Positions 12,244 to 24,289 of a stretch of 53,957 nucleotides of DNA are shown one piece after another (within the stretch, counting starts at the first letter, position 1; the number at the start of each line of letters is the position of its first letter). The notes below the pieces were generated by a model. The model saw only the letters and a list, made by a program, of their open reading frames with translations, was not told the origin of the DNA and ran no database searches. The stretch comes from Octopus sinensis (lineage: Eukaryota): the NCBI RefSeq assembly GCF_006345805.1, contig NW_021833814.1, forward strand, positions 1 to 53,957. Reading direction: 5' to 3'. Position numbers and translations under genes: made by a program.

Positions 12244-12377
12244 TTGCTGTAATTTAGCCCCATTATTCTGTGCCGAGCTGAATGGGGGTGCTAGTCTCCC
12301 TTGTTGGAAAATATAAGGACACAGATCGTGTCGTATAGCCAGCTGGAGACGATGTCACCTGGGCTAAATTACAGCAA
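12244..12377. repeat. 134-bp segment bounded by 17-bp perfect inverted repeats (MITE-like or hairpin)
   Basis: ttgctgtaatttagccc (12244-12260) and gggctaaattacagcaa (12361-12377). No clear TSD. Confidence 0.7.
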
Positions 12378-12424
12378 ATTAAAATACTAAAGATGTGGCG
12401 TGTTAAAACGAAACTGTTTCCACA

Positions 12425-12712
12425 TATTACAGTATGATAAGAAAGGGATGTAGGAACATCTAGATAACATCCCAGGAGAACCATGTCTCAGAGAAACCCA
12501 AAATAGTGCACTGACAAGTACCGCTCGCATGCTTAGAAAAGCTTATCAATTTAAATGTCTGTGTTGTATTACATGAAGATATTTCGCTACTGCCCCTACC
12601 ACTTCCCCTCCCCAAGCTTTCATCCATACCGTAACACCTCTTATCCTTCATTCGCCCAAGGACGCTGGGTGTGCCTCGGCAAGTGATTGTAACAACATGC
12701 AGATTAAAAGTA
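12425..12712 (+). mobile_element. R4/Dong-like element 3' fragment (family D)
   Basis: Encodes a decayed GMIRKG..IPG.P..IV.TSTARMLRKA C-terminus like the other REL elements, followed by a 3' UTR and (TAA)n. Confidence 0.7.
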
Positions 12713-12719
12713 AATAATA

Positions 12720-12778
<59 letters not shown>

Positions 12779-12899
12779 TATAATGGAAAGTTAATATCAA
12801 AAGAGGAATTTTCCAGGGGAATTCGTTTCCCCTTTTAATATTTGTTCAAACGAGATAATGAAAAAGGAAACACACAACAACAACAAAATATTAATAATG

Positions 12900-12952
<53 letters not shown>

Positions 12953-13222
12953 TAATAATAATAATAAACATCATTTTCGTATGGCCTTTTAGACATTCAC
13001 TAGTACAACACTAAGTACAAAACCAAATATATGGCACCCTAGGCATAACACCAGCATGAACTTCAACTTGTCTCTTGAGGTCTCTGGGTGAGACTTGAAG
13101 TGAACCTTACTAATGTAAAGCAAAAGTCAAACATAGAATGATGATGATGATGATAATGATAATAATAATAATAATAATAATATAATAATAACCAATAATA
13201 ATAATAATAATAATAATAATAA
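12713..13222. repeat. (TAA)n microsatellite array with embedded retroelement fragments
   Basis: Seen directly; TAA reads on the plus strand. Confidence 0.95.
12980..13138 (+). mobile_element. R4/Dong-like 3' UTR fragment (family C)
   Basis: Colinear with the reverse complement of 19606-19770 (tttagacattca.tagtacaacact..gtctcttgaggtctctgggtgagacttg..gcaaa.gtcaaacatagaat). Confidence 0.85.
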
Positions 13223-14914
13223 GAGAGAACACCGGGGGACATTTAAGATGTAAGAAGGAAAATACAGAGCTCCGAAATCTATCCACAAGCATCGAAAACA
13301 AGACATCCTATGGAGCCAAAGATTTACTAACAAAGAATTGGACTGTATCCGAGTAAGTAATACTAATTGAAATTTATTACTATTTTCGAAACGAAATGAT
13401 GTATTTTGACTCGACATCATCTCCACCTCTAACACAACACATGTAAACATACGTGGAACATCACGATCATCCCCGACCCCAAACACCATGTACAAAGGAA
13501 CGACGAAGAAATAAATGCCACCGATACTATTCAACCAAGAATAACAATCGAGCGGTACGTACATTAAACTTACAGCAAAATATGCACGAAAAACTACACG
13601 TGCGAAATAATGTGACAACAGAAATAAACGGACCGGTACCCTACGAAAATGACGACCGTCAAAATAATGGGCCGGACGTTGTACCTCATGTCCCGCAAAT
13701 AAAACCCAAAAGGACATGTGAGGAATACATTTCTATCTTACACGCATACTTCACAGCAGTGCTCTACCCAAAAAAATGAAAATACAACAACACATACATA
13801 TAAAATATGGAAGGAAAATAATAGAGATATAGACCTGGCTACAGCAATGAACCCTAATAAATTAGCTAACGTACGAAGATACATTCTCAACACAAAAAAA
13901 TATCAGAAATATAAATAGAACATCTAAAAGAAAAAATACACCAGGAAAATGTAGATAGAAGCCACACAACAATGCCCAATAATATAAACACTGAAACTGT
14001 AAAACACGAAGACAAACGCAACATTCCCAACAAACACGATGTAAACAACGAAGGGGAGCCTAATGATTATGATAATATAAAAATAAAATAATCAAAGAAC
14101 TGAAAACCACAGAGCTCAAAATGGACCACCGACCATACCTCCCAAGAATCAAAATAAACGAAATAACAACACCAATTATAAACAGCATAAACCTAGCCGT
14201 CACTGAACTAATAGCCACTGAAACAAAAAAAAGTGATATCACTGAGCTGAATGACTTAATATACGCAGCAGCCACTGCAGCCACAAAAGAAGCTGGATAC
14301 TCACCCAACCCACCCAAACAGGAGTACCACCACCCAAACAAACTGTAGATAAATAACATCCAAAACAAAATAAAAAAAATTAGAAAAGACCTGTCGATTC
14401 TTATGAAATCAGCAAACAATCAATGCTACTGAGCAACAAAAAGAAAACAAAAATACTCCGCAAATATAACATCACAGAGAAAGATTTGCCTGAGATAAAA
14501 GAAAAGCTGAAGCAAGATAAGCACAAAGGATCCGCCGGTACGAGAAACGCCAATGCTTCTTTGAACAAAACAAAAAGTTCAACCCCAACCCCAAAAAGTT
14601 CTACCAAGACTGGTCAAAAATAAAATAGAAGTCACTGAAGCACCAACGGCAGAAGAATTGGAAGAATTCTGGAGAGAAATATGGTCGGCGAACGAACAAC
14701 CAAGAAAAGGAGTATCAAAATAACAAACTCGGCATCTGAACAACTTTGGACCCCCATAACAACTGAAGAGGTCACCCAGGCACTGCAAAGACTAAGCAAC
14801 TGGAAGGCACCTGGGCATGACAAGATCCCCAACTTCTTTGGTTGAAATATCTAACAGGAATGCACAAAAAGCTAGCTGAAAAACTTTAACAACATACTAG
14901 CAGAGCCAGAGACA

Positions 14915-15779
14915 ATGCCTGAATGGCTCACGAAGGGGAAAACCATCTTAATTTCCAAATCAAATGAAACAGAAAAACCAGAAAACTACAGACCAATAAC
15001 CTGCCTCCCTACCATGTTCAAGGCATTTACTGCAGTGATATCACAAAGGCTGAACAAGCACCTGGACGAAAACAAACTGTTCCCAGAAGAGCAGAAAGGA
15101 TGCCGCAAAGGCTCATATGGCTGTAAAGATCAACTAATGATTAATAAAGCCATAACTGAAGACAGCCACAGAAAGAAGAAAGGCTCAGTATGGCCTGGAT
15201 TGACTACAAAAAGGCGTTTGATAGCATCCCCCACACATGGATCCTCGAAACACTAGCCATTAACAAAGTAGCACCAACAATCATAAAATTCATAGAGCAC
15301 TCTATGAATAAATGGCAAACAGTCCTACACCTCCAAACAAAAGAGGGACTCATGAAAACCAAAGACATCCCCATTAGAAGAGGATATTCCAGGGAGACAC
15401 GCTCTCTCCACTCCTTTTCTGCTTGGCACTGTCACCTCTATCTGATATACTAAATAGAACTGGATGCGGATATAAATGTTACGGCAAAACGATCAGCCAC
15501 CTTTTATATATGGATGACCTAAAACTATACGCTGCAAATGACAAACAGCTGGAAACACTATTAAAGACAGTTCATGGATTTACCAAAGAAATAGATATGA
15601 AATTTGGATTAGAAAAATGCGCCAAAGTAACCATGAAAAGAGGAAAACTAGTTAAGAGTAACAACATCACACTAGATAAAACCAATGAAATAAAAGAATT
15701 AGACCAAAGCCAAACTTACAAATACTTAGGAATACATGAACTAGATAAGACACAACACACACAAATGAAAGAGAAATAA
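14915..15779 (+). pseudogene. Reverse transcriptase domain of Dong-like family A (three frame-shifted ORF pieces)
   Basis: ORFs 14915-15256, 15190-15453 and 15423-15779. Confidence 0.9.
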
Positions 15780-16370
15780 AAAAAGAATATTATAGACGAG
15801 TTAGATCAATACTAAAAACAGAGCTCAATGCTAAAAACAAGATAATAGGTATCAACACTTTAGCTCCCAGTTATAAGTTACAGCTACAATATCCTTAACT
15901 GGACACGAAATGAACTGACCAAAATGGATAGGAAAACAAGAAAAATAATGACAGGATCTACGATGCATCACCCAAAATCTGACATAGAAAGACTATATAT
16001 ACAACGTATAGAAGGTGGTAGAGGCCTTATACAGCTGGAAAACTACTATAAAATAACCACCATAGGACTGCAAAAATATCTACTTCAGAAGGAAGGAAAA
16101 CTGATCCAGATAGCGGCAAAACACGAGCAAAACAAACACTGTTCTCAGTATTTAAGGAAGCTGACGAATACAAACAAGAAATCATACCACCTAATAAACA
16201 TGAAGAAGAAGAAGAAGATGAAGAAACAACAAAAGCTATAAAACAAATGAAATCCAACTAAAAATAGAACAGCAACGAACCATGATAAAACGATGGCAAG
16301 AAAAGCCCCTTCATGGTAAATACTGGACTAAACTAAACGCAAAAGAAATAGACAAAGAAAAATCCCAGCA

Positions 16371-16895
16371 ATGGTTGAGAAGCTCAGGACTCAAAGCAGA
16401 AACAGAGGGATTTTTAATTGCAGCACTAGACCAAAGCCTCCCCACCAGAATTACCAAAAACATGTAATGAAAAGAAATATTACAAGTAACTGCAGAATAT
16501 GTGGAGATGGACAAGAAACAATAAATCATATTATCTCTAGCTGCCCAGTCTTGGCTAAGAAGGAATATATTCACAGACATGACAGAGTTGGAACCTACAT
16601 ACATTGGAAGCTATGCCAACATTATGGAATAACAACAGAAAAAAGATGGTATAGGCACACACCAGAAAAGGTCACAGAAAACGAGAAAGCAACCATACTC
16701 TGGGATATGCCGATACACACAGATAGAGAAATTAAGGCCAACAGACCAGATATAGTTGTCAGAGATCATGAAGAAAAAAAATGCTTTCTAATTGATGTAT
16801 CAATACCGGCAGATGACAACGTGTCTCTAAAAGAAATGGAGAAACTTTCAAAATACAAAGACCTGGAAATAGAGGTAACTAGAAGTGGAATCTGA
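16371..16895 (+). CDS. CCHC zinc knuckle + restriction-like (PD-(D/E)xK) endonuclease fragment
   Basis: CRICGDGQETINHIISSC, RHD, RPDIVVRD, LIDVSIP, KLSKYKDL. Confidence 0.88.
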   Translation: MVEKLRTQSRNRGIFNCSTRPKPPHQNYQKHVMKRNITSNCRICGDGQETINHIISSCPVLAKKEYIHRHDRVGTYIHWKLCQHYGITTEKRWYRHTPEKVTENEKATILWDMPIHTDREIKANRPDIVVRDHEEKKCFLIDVSIPADDNVSLKEMEKLSKYKDLEIEVTRSGI

Positions 16896-17207
16896 AAACA
16901 GAAACAATTCCTATCATAGTAGGTGCATTAGGCATGATAAAAAATATTCAGACAAAAATACATAACAAAAACACCAGGACTTACAAACACATATAACATA
17001 CAGAAAATTGCACTACTAGGCACTGCACACATCCTACGCAGAACACTTTCCTTACAATAACTATCTGAGCATCACAACAAATCACAGCACATATTCAAGG
17101 CACACAGAGCTGTGCTCGGTAGTGAAGTGAAAGCACGCTATAAAAATAAAACTACTGAATAATAATAATAATAAAAATGTCCTGATGCAGTGCCGGGCAG
17201 TGGCTCT

Positions 17208-17345
17208 CCATTATTATTATTTTATTATTATTATTTATTATTATTATATTATTATTATGATTATTATATTATTATATTATCATTATTATCATTATTATCA
17301 TTATTATCATTATTATCATTATTCTTATTATTATTATTATCATTA

Positions 17346-17390
<45 letters not shown>

Positions 17391-17433
17391 CATATTATTA
17401 TTATTATCATTATTATCATTATTATTATTATTA

Positions 17434-17467
<34 letters not shown>

Positions 17468-17694
17468 CATTATTATCATTATTATCATTATTATCATTCA
17501 GTAGTTTTATTTTTATAGCGTCCATTATTATTATTAGTATATTATTATTATTATTTATTATTATTATTATTATTATTATATATTATTATTATTATTATCA
17601 TTATTATCATTATTATCATATTATTATTATTATCATATTATCATTATTATCATTATTATCATTATTATCATTATTCTTATTATTATTATCATTA

Positions 17695-17730
<36 letters not shown>

Positions 17731-17777
17731 CATTATTATCATTATTATCATTATTATTATTATTATCATTATTATCA

Positions 17778-17812
<35 letters not shown>

Positions 17813-17840
17813 ATCATTATTATCATTATTATCATTATTA

Positions 17841-17875
<35 letters not shown>

Positions 17876-17903
17876 GTAATTATTATTATTATTATTATTA
17901 TTA

Positions 17904-17958
<55 letters not shown>
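17208..17958. repeat. (TTA)n/(TCATTATTA)n compound microsatellite
   Basis: Seen directly; opposite polarity to 12713-13222. Confidence 0.95.
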
Positions 17959-17959
17959 T

Positions 17960-18726
17960 TTTTTTTTCTTCTTTCAAATTTGCTTCTATTTCTTGCCGAG
18001 TGTCTTCTCAACTCCTAGGGCAAAGAAACTCATAGTGTATATTGGAAGGCCATTAAACCAAACTCAATAGTTCGTTCATTTTTTTTTCTTTAATTTATTT
18101 TTTTTTTTAAAGTTAAATTAAAATACACGAGCAGCAACAGTTCTCACATCGACAATGCTCTTCTCAATACGTATGATGTACCAGTTAAGACAATCTTTTG
18201 CACTTCTTGCAGGGATGGTAAGCCCGGGACCATTCTCCTATAATTTTCGGTTCCCTTCTTGATCATTCCTAGTGCTCCTACGATCACTGGTATTGTAACC
18301 GCCTTGAGATGCCACATTTTCTCAATTTCAATGAGTTGGTCTTTATATTTTCTGAGCTTGTCAAACTCCTTCGCTGAGATATTATGATCACAGGGGATGC
18401 TCATGTCGATCAATAATCAAACTTTATTGTTTTGGTCTTTCACAACAATATCTGGTTTATTGGCCTTGATGGTTCGGTCTGTATGTACTGGAAAGTCCCA
18501 CAGAATGGTTACATTTTCTCCTTCAGTTACAGCCTCAGGGTGGTGATTATACCACTTGTCGGCAGTTTTGATATTGTAATGCCGACTTATTAGCCAGTGG
18601 AGATATTGGCCAACTCTGCCATGTCTTAATTTATACTCCACTGGTGCTAAGACTTTACATCCAGAGATTAGGTGGTCCACTGTTTCAATCATGTCGTTGC
18701 ATAATCGGCATTTTGGGTCTGCTCCA

Positions 18727-18728
<2 letters not shown>
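17960..18728 (-). mobile_element. 5'-truncated R4/Dong-like copy (family B)
   Basis: ORFs 18144-18413 and 18417-18692 are nearly the same as parts of 21342-22025, and the 3' UTR is shared. Confidence 0.92.
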
Positions 18729-18799
<71 letters not shown>

Positions 18800-19570
18800 G
18801 TTTTTATTTTTTTTTCTAAATTTGCTATCATTTCTTGCCGAGTGTCTTCCCGACTCCTAGGGCAAGAAACTCATAGTATACATTGGTAGGCCATTAAACC
18901 AAACTCAGTAGTTCGTTCATTTTTTTTTTTTTTAAAGTTAAATTAAAATACATGAGCAGCAACAGTTCTCACATCGACAATGCTCTTCTGAATACGTGTG
19001 ATGTACCAGTTAAGACAATCTTTTGCACTTCTTGCAGGGATGGTAAGCCAGGGATCATTCTCATATAATTTTCGGTTCCCTTCTTGATCAAACCTCTGCA
19101 CGGCAAATATGTGACCCGCAGAAAACAAGCTGATGTTGACCAGAAGCAAACCCATTAGTGGCTACGGAGCTCAGGGCTAAAAGCAGAGAGCCAAGGTTTC
19201 ATCCTGGCTGCTCAAGATCAAAGCCTATTAACTCGGAACTACCAGGCCAATGTGATGAAAAATGGAGCAGACCCAAAATGCCGATTCTGCATATCTGGTT
19301 TATTGGCCTTGATGGTTCGGTCTGTATGTACTGGAAAGTCCCACAGAATGGTTACATTTTCTCCTTCAGTTACAGCCTCAGGGTGGTGATTATACCACTT
19401 GTCGGCAGTTTTGATTGTAATGCCGACTTATTAGCCAGTGGAGATATTGGCCAACTCTGTCATGTCTTAATTTACACTCCACTGGTGCTAAGACTTTACA
19501 TCCAGAGATTAGGTGGTCCACTGTTTCAATCATGTCGTTGCAGAATCGGCATTTTGGGTCTGCTCCCTTT
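18800..19570 (-). mobile_element. Rearranged R4/Dong-like copy (family B) with an internal inverted segment at 19091-19290
   Basis: Minus-strand 3' end at 18800-19090, plus-strand KPLHGKY..WLRSSGLKAE..CRFC segment at 19091-19290, minus strand again at 19291-19570. Confidence 0.88.
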
Positions 19571-19576
19571 TTTTTA

Positions 19577-19605
<29 letters not shown>

Positions 19606-19610
<5 letters not shown>

Positions 19611-20853
19611 TATGTTTGACTTTGCTTTATATTGTACAAGTTGGCTCCAAGTCTCACCCAGAGACCTCAAGAGACAACAGGGTTGGAAGTTCATGTTGTT
19701 GTTATGCCTAGTGTGCCATATATTTGGGGGGTGGAGAGTGTTGTACTAATGAATGTCTAAAAAAAAAAAAGGTTTTTTTTTTTTGAAACCGAAAATTATG
19801 TTTGTTTTAAACCTTGAGATTACATAGAGAGTATTTTGCGTAGGTTATGAGCAGTTCCCATGAGCACTATCTTTTGAACTTCTGCCATTTTGGGGTTTCC
19901 TGGTATCTGAGTTAGGTAGCTATCAGCCCCTTTTGCTATCATTCCCAGGGCACCTATGACAACAGGTATTGTTTTAGTCTTCAGCTTCCACATTTTGCTT
20001 ATTTCTATTTCAAGATCTTTATATTGCTCAGTTTTTGGTAGGTCTTGACAGATACGTTTATATCGATTGGGACAGTCATATCAATGAGGAGGCATGTTCT
20101 TTGTTTGAAGTCTTTCAATATGATGTCTGGCCTATTTGCATCTATCTTCCTGTCAGTTTGAATGGTGAAGTTCCAGAGGAGTGAGATGTGGTCATTTTCA
20201 AGCACTGGGGGTGGTTTGTGTTCCCACCAGTTTTTTTCATGGGGAAAATCCAGGTTTTTACAAGATACCCAGTGAATATATTGTGCAGCTCTATCGTGCC
20301 TGTTGAGATACTCTGTAGGCGCTAGAAGACTGCACTTGGAGACCACATGGTCAATGGTTTCATTTTGTTGCTTGCATACACGACACGTTGGACTGCTTCT
20401 GATCTTTAATATGTTGGCCTGGTAGTTTCTTGTTGGTAGGCATTGATCTTGAGCTGCTATGATAAACCCCTCTGTTTCAGATTTTAAGCCAGAGGCCATT
20501 AGCCATTGATGGGTCAGGGCTTTGTCGATATCTGCATTATTCGCTCTCTTTGGGTATTTGCCATAGAGAGGTTTTTCTTGCCATTTATTATTCAGAATAT
20601 CCTAGGCCGCAGTTTTGGCACGGGTTTTCATGCGCCTAGCTTTTTCTGTGCTTGTTTCTTGTATATCTATCTCTAATTCCGAAATTGGTTGTATTCGGAA
20701 TTCACTTAGATATTCCTTTGCCTGTTTTGTGACTGAGTATGATGCTTTCTTGTTTTCATGTTTTGAGACAAGTTTTAACATCCAGTCCTCAGAGTTTTTC
20801 AGGTAGGTGTCTAGGCCAATTGTAGCAATCTTCATTGTTATTGCCAGTTGCCA

Positions 20854-20855
<2 letters not shown>
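19606..20855 (-). mobile_element. 5'-truncated R4/Dong-like copy (family C)
   Basis: ORF 20005-20499 (CRVC..ETIDHVVSKC, RHD, RPDII, LIDMTVP) and ORF 20602-20835. TTA arrays on both flanks. Confidence 0.9.
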
Positions 20856-20899
<44 letters not shown>

Positions 20900-20957
20900 T
20901 ATTATTATTATTATGATCTTATCATTATTATCATTATTATCATTATTATCATTATTA

Positions 20958-21023
<66 letters not shown>

Positions 21024-21061
21024 TATTATTATTATTATCATTATTATTATTATTATTATTA
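20856..21061. repeat. (TTA)n microsatellite
   Basis: Seen directly. Confidence 0.95.
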
Positions 21062-21341
21062 TTTTTTTTTTTCTTCTTTCAAATTTGCTTCCATTTCTTG
21101 CCGAGTGTCTTCTCGACTCCTAGGGCAAAGAAACTCATAATGTATATTGGTACGCCATTAAACCAAACTCAATAGTTCGTTCATTTTTTTTCATTTAAAA
21201 AAAGTTTTTTTTTTAAAGTTAAATTAAAATACATGAGCAGCAACAGTTCTCACATCGACAATGCTCTTCTCAATACGTATGATGTACCAGTTAAGACAAT
21301 CTTTTGCACTTCTTGCAGGGATGGTAAGCCAGGGATCATTC

Positions 21342-22025
21342 TCATATATTTTCGGTTCCCTTCTTGATCATTCCTAGTGATCCTACGATCACTGGTATTG
21401 TAACCGCCTTGAGATGCCACATTTTCTCAATTTCAATGAGTTGGTCTTTATATTTTCTGAGCTTGTCAAACTCTTTCGCTGAGATATTATGATCACAGGG
21501 GATGCTCATGTCGATCAATAAGCAAACTTTATTGTTTTGGTCTTTCACAACAATATCTGGTTTATTGGCCTTGATGGTTCGGTCTGTATGTACTGGAAAG
21601 TCCCACAGAATGGTTACATTTTCTCCTTCAGTTACAGCTTCAGGGTGGTGATTATACCACTTGTCGGCAGTTTTGATATTGTAATGCCGACTTATTAGCC
21701 AGTGGAGATATTGGCCAACTCTGTCATGTCTTAATTTATACTCCACTGGTGCTAAGACTTTACATCCAGAGATTAGGTGGTCCACTGTTTCAATCATGTC
21801 GTTGCAGAATCGGCATTTTGGGTCTGCTCCATTTTTCATCACATTGGCCTGGTAGTTCCGGGTTGATAGGCTTTGGTCTTGAGCAGCCAGGATGAAACCT
21901 TCGCTCTCTGCTTTTAGCCCTGAGCTCCGCAGCCACTGATGGGTTTGCTTCTGGTCAACATCAGCTTGTTTGCTGCGGGTCACATATTTGCCGTGTAGAG
22001 GTTTCTCCTCCCACCTATCAGCCAA
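21342..22025 (-). CDS. CCHC knuckle + REL endonuclease part of the Dong-like ORF
   Basis: CRFCNDMIETVDHLISGC, RHD, KPDIVVKD, LIDMSIP, KYKD. Confidence 0.9.
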   Translation of the reverse strand: MADRWEEKPLHGKYVTRSKQADVDQKQTHQWLRSSGLKAESEGFILAAQDQSLSTRNYQANVMKNGADPKCRFCNDMIETVDHLISGCKVLAPVEYKLRHDRVGQYLHWLISRHYNIKTADKWYNHHPEAVTEGENVTILWDFPVHTDRTIKANKPDIVVKDQNNKVCLLIDMSIPCDHNISAKEFDKLRKYKDQLIEIEKMWHLKAVTIPVIVGSLGMIKKGTENI

Positions 22026-22415
22026 TTACTCGTGCGCTTTTTTCATTGCCATCATTTTCACCTTCTTTGCAACAATAGTTGCCGTTCTTCCCTCGGGTTG
22101 TTCAGTTTGGGTATCCTGCACGAGATCAATAGCAAATTTTTTGCTTTCCTTTATGATAGAATGAAGCTTCTTTCGTCTCTCGTGATTTTCCACGAGCTTT
22201 AGCATCCAGTCATTCGATATTTCGAGATATTTGGCCAGTCCAATTGTGGTTGTTTTGTAAGCTAGTTCAAATTGGATCAGGCCTCGACCTCCTTGGACTC
22301 TGGGAAGGTAAAGGCGATCTACGTCTGCCTTTGGGTGGTGCATCCTATTACAACTCAGCAGCTTGCGTATTTGTCTATCTATATTCTTTACTTCACTCAT
22401 ATTCCAGTTCAACAC
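22026..22415 (-). CDS. RT thumb/linker part of the Dong-like ORF
   Basis: MHHPKADVDRLYLPRVQGGRGL, matching the family A piece 15924-16241. Confidence 0.85.
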   Translation of the reverse strand: MLNWNMSEVKNIDRQIRKLLSCNRMHHPKADVDRLYLPRVQGGRGLIQFELAYKTTTIGLAKYLEISNDWMLKLVENHERRKKLHSIIKESKKFAIDLVQDTQTEQPEGRTATIVAKKVKMMAMKKAHE

Positions 22416-22812
22416 ATTGTAGCTATAAGTAACAACTGGAACTGCTAGGAATTTAAGCTAACACCTTGTTACGTGCATTTAGTTCAGATTTCAGGACTGC
22501 ACGAACTCTCCTATAACATTCCTTCCTGATTTTCTCTTTCATGCTTGCATGCTGAATACCAGAGCCTTCATTTATCCCTAAATATTTGTATGTTGTTCTT
22601 GCTCAAGCTCTCTTATGACTGTGTCAACATCTAACACGACTGAATTTGTGGTCTTCACACTTTCCCTTTCTGGAAAGTGGCCTTGGCACACTTCTCAAGT
22701 CCAAACTCCATCCCGATGTCATCGCTGAATGCTTTCACGGTGCGCAATAGGCGTTCAAGTTCATTATTGTCTTTACCATAAAGTTTTAAGTCATCCATAT
22801 AAAATAGATGGC

Positions 22813-23247
22813 TTATTTTTTATTGGCAATTTTATACCCATACCCTGTTCTGTTTAATTCACTTGTAAGGGGTATTAGGGCTATGCAGAATATTAAAGGT
22901 GAAAGTGAGTCACCTTGAAAAATTCCACAGTTGATGTTTATATTTTCTGAGGCAAGTACTCCATTAGAGTGGTATAATTGGAGATTCGTATTCCACAACG
23001 ACATATTGTGCTTCAGGAAGTTTGAAATCACAGGGGAAATTTTGAAGATGTCCAGCGATCTCAAGATCCATGGATGCGGTATACTGTCGAAGGCCTTTTT
23101 ATAGTCAATCCATGCGGTGCTGAGATTTCTGCGCTTGTTGTGACAGTTCTCAAGGATCATACGATTGATTAGCAGTTGATCTTTGCATCCGTAAGAGCCT
23201 CGGCGGCACCCTTTTTGTTCAATGGGGAAAATATCGTTCTTCTCCAT
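22813..23247 (-). CDS. Reverse transcriptase core part of the Dong-like ORF
   Basis: EQKGCRRGSYGCKDQL, WIDYKKAFDS, GIFQGDSLSPLIF. Confidence 0.92.
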   Translation of the reverse strand: MEKNDIFPIEQKGCRRGSYGCKDQLLINRMILENCHNKRRNLSTAWIDYKKAFDSIPHPWILRSLDIFKISPVISNFLKHNMSLWNTNLQLYHSNGVLASENININCGIFQGDSLSPLIFCIALIPLTSELNRTGYGYKIANKK

Positions 23248-23287
23248 GAATGCATATGTTTTCTCCGCCAGGATAGATGTTAGGATT

Positions 23288-24289
23288 TTATAACGTGGTG
23301 GATAGACAGGTTATAGGCCGATAGTTTTTTGGAAGGTTGGTTTCGTTATTCTTTGGGAGTAGGTAAGTAATGCCACTTGCTAACCATTCAGGTGTTTTCT
23401 TTGGGTCTCTCATAATTCCATTGAGCAGCTGAACTAGCTTACCGTGTGCGCACGGGAGCGATGCGAGCCAGAAATTCGGCACCCTATCTTTACCGGGGGA
23501 TTTCCAATTATGGGCCTTCGTGAGTGCCTTTCTTAGGTCTGCTATTGTGATGTCTTCCCATGCTTGTTGTTGTAAATTTTGGTAGGATCCTTCAGTTTGT
23601 ATAATCCAGTCTGCATTTATGTTGTACGTCTTCTTGTCACTCCAAATCCTTTTCCAAAAGATTTGAACTTCTTCCATGGGAGGGGGGTCTTTAACGGTTA
23701 CTTTCTCCTTCCCTATTTCTCTGTAGAATTTTTTGGCATTGGATGTGAACAGCTTATTTTGCTTGTAAAACTTGTTTCTCTTCTCAAGTCTTCGTGTTCT
23801 TTGGGCTTTTGCTTGGACTTTTTGTTTCAGCGTTTCTTTTATTGATATCAGTTCTTCTCTTGGTGAGGATCCAAATTTTCTCTTCATCTTTCTTCCTATT
23901 CTGGATCTTACATCATTTCCACATATTAGTTCATTTAATATTGATATTTCCCCTCTCATAAATTCAATCTCTTTTTCAATTTTACTTCTCCAGGTTTGAT
24001 TTCTTCCCAGGTTTTGTTTTCTTTGTTTTTTCGGGGGCATACAGCTGGTTTCAATTGCCCTAGCAGAAGCGTAAATAATTTCGTTTAACTCAGTAAAATC
24101 AGGTTTTAATTCTCGCATTATTTCATTTGTTACATAGTTGCCAATTTGGATTTGTTTTTTATTTTGGTTTGTATTTGAGAGTTTATGAAGCGGTTCTCTA
24201 TCATTCATACTTGTATGTCTTACAACTTCAAGCGTATTCAGGATTTTCTGCCTCATTTCTGCCCATAGACTCTCTGTGTTCTTCAGCAA
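23288..24289 (-). CDS. N-terminal/pre-RT part of the Dong-like ORF (333 aa)
   Basis: Ends WKSPGKD..WL..G.TYLLPK..NYRPITCL. Confidence 0.88.
   Translation of the reverse strand: MLKNTESLWAEMRQKILNTLEVVRHTSMNDREPLHKLSNTNQNKKQIQIGNYVTNEIMRELKPDFTELNEIIYASARAIETSCMPPKKQRKQNLGRNQTWRSKIEKEIEFMRGEISILNELICGNDVRSRIGRKMKRKFGSSPREELISIKETLKQKVQAKAQRTRRLEKRNKFYKQNKLFTSNAKKFYREIGKEKVTVKDPPPMEEVQIFWKRIWSDKKTYNINADWIIQTEGSYQNLQQQAWEDITIADLRKALTKAHNWKSPGKDRVPNFWLASLPCAHGKLVQLLNGIMRDPKKTPEWLASGITYLLPKNNETNLPKNYRPITCLSTTL

Larger units (their letters stand above)
13222..17159 (+). mobile_element. Near full-length R4/Dong-like non-LTR retrotransposon (family A), frameshifted
   Basis: Flanked by (TAA)n on both sides. 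Carries RT motifs NYRPITCL, EQKGC, WIDYKKAFDS, RGIFQG and LYMDDLKL, a CCHC knuckle CRICG..ETINHIISSC, and REL motifs RPDIVV..LIDVSIP..KYKDL. Confidence 0.92.

Noticed and set aside
13127-13717. 196-aa minus-strand ORF
   Set aside because: It is antisense to the Dong-like 5' region and runs into the microsatellite; no recognisable domain.
17185-18018. Long Ile/Tyr/Leu/Asn-rich ORFs here and at 20807-21175, 24954-25790, 26049-26510 and 37766-38653
   Set aside because: They are translations of TTA, TA and TG microsatellites.
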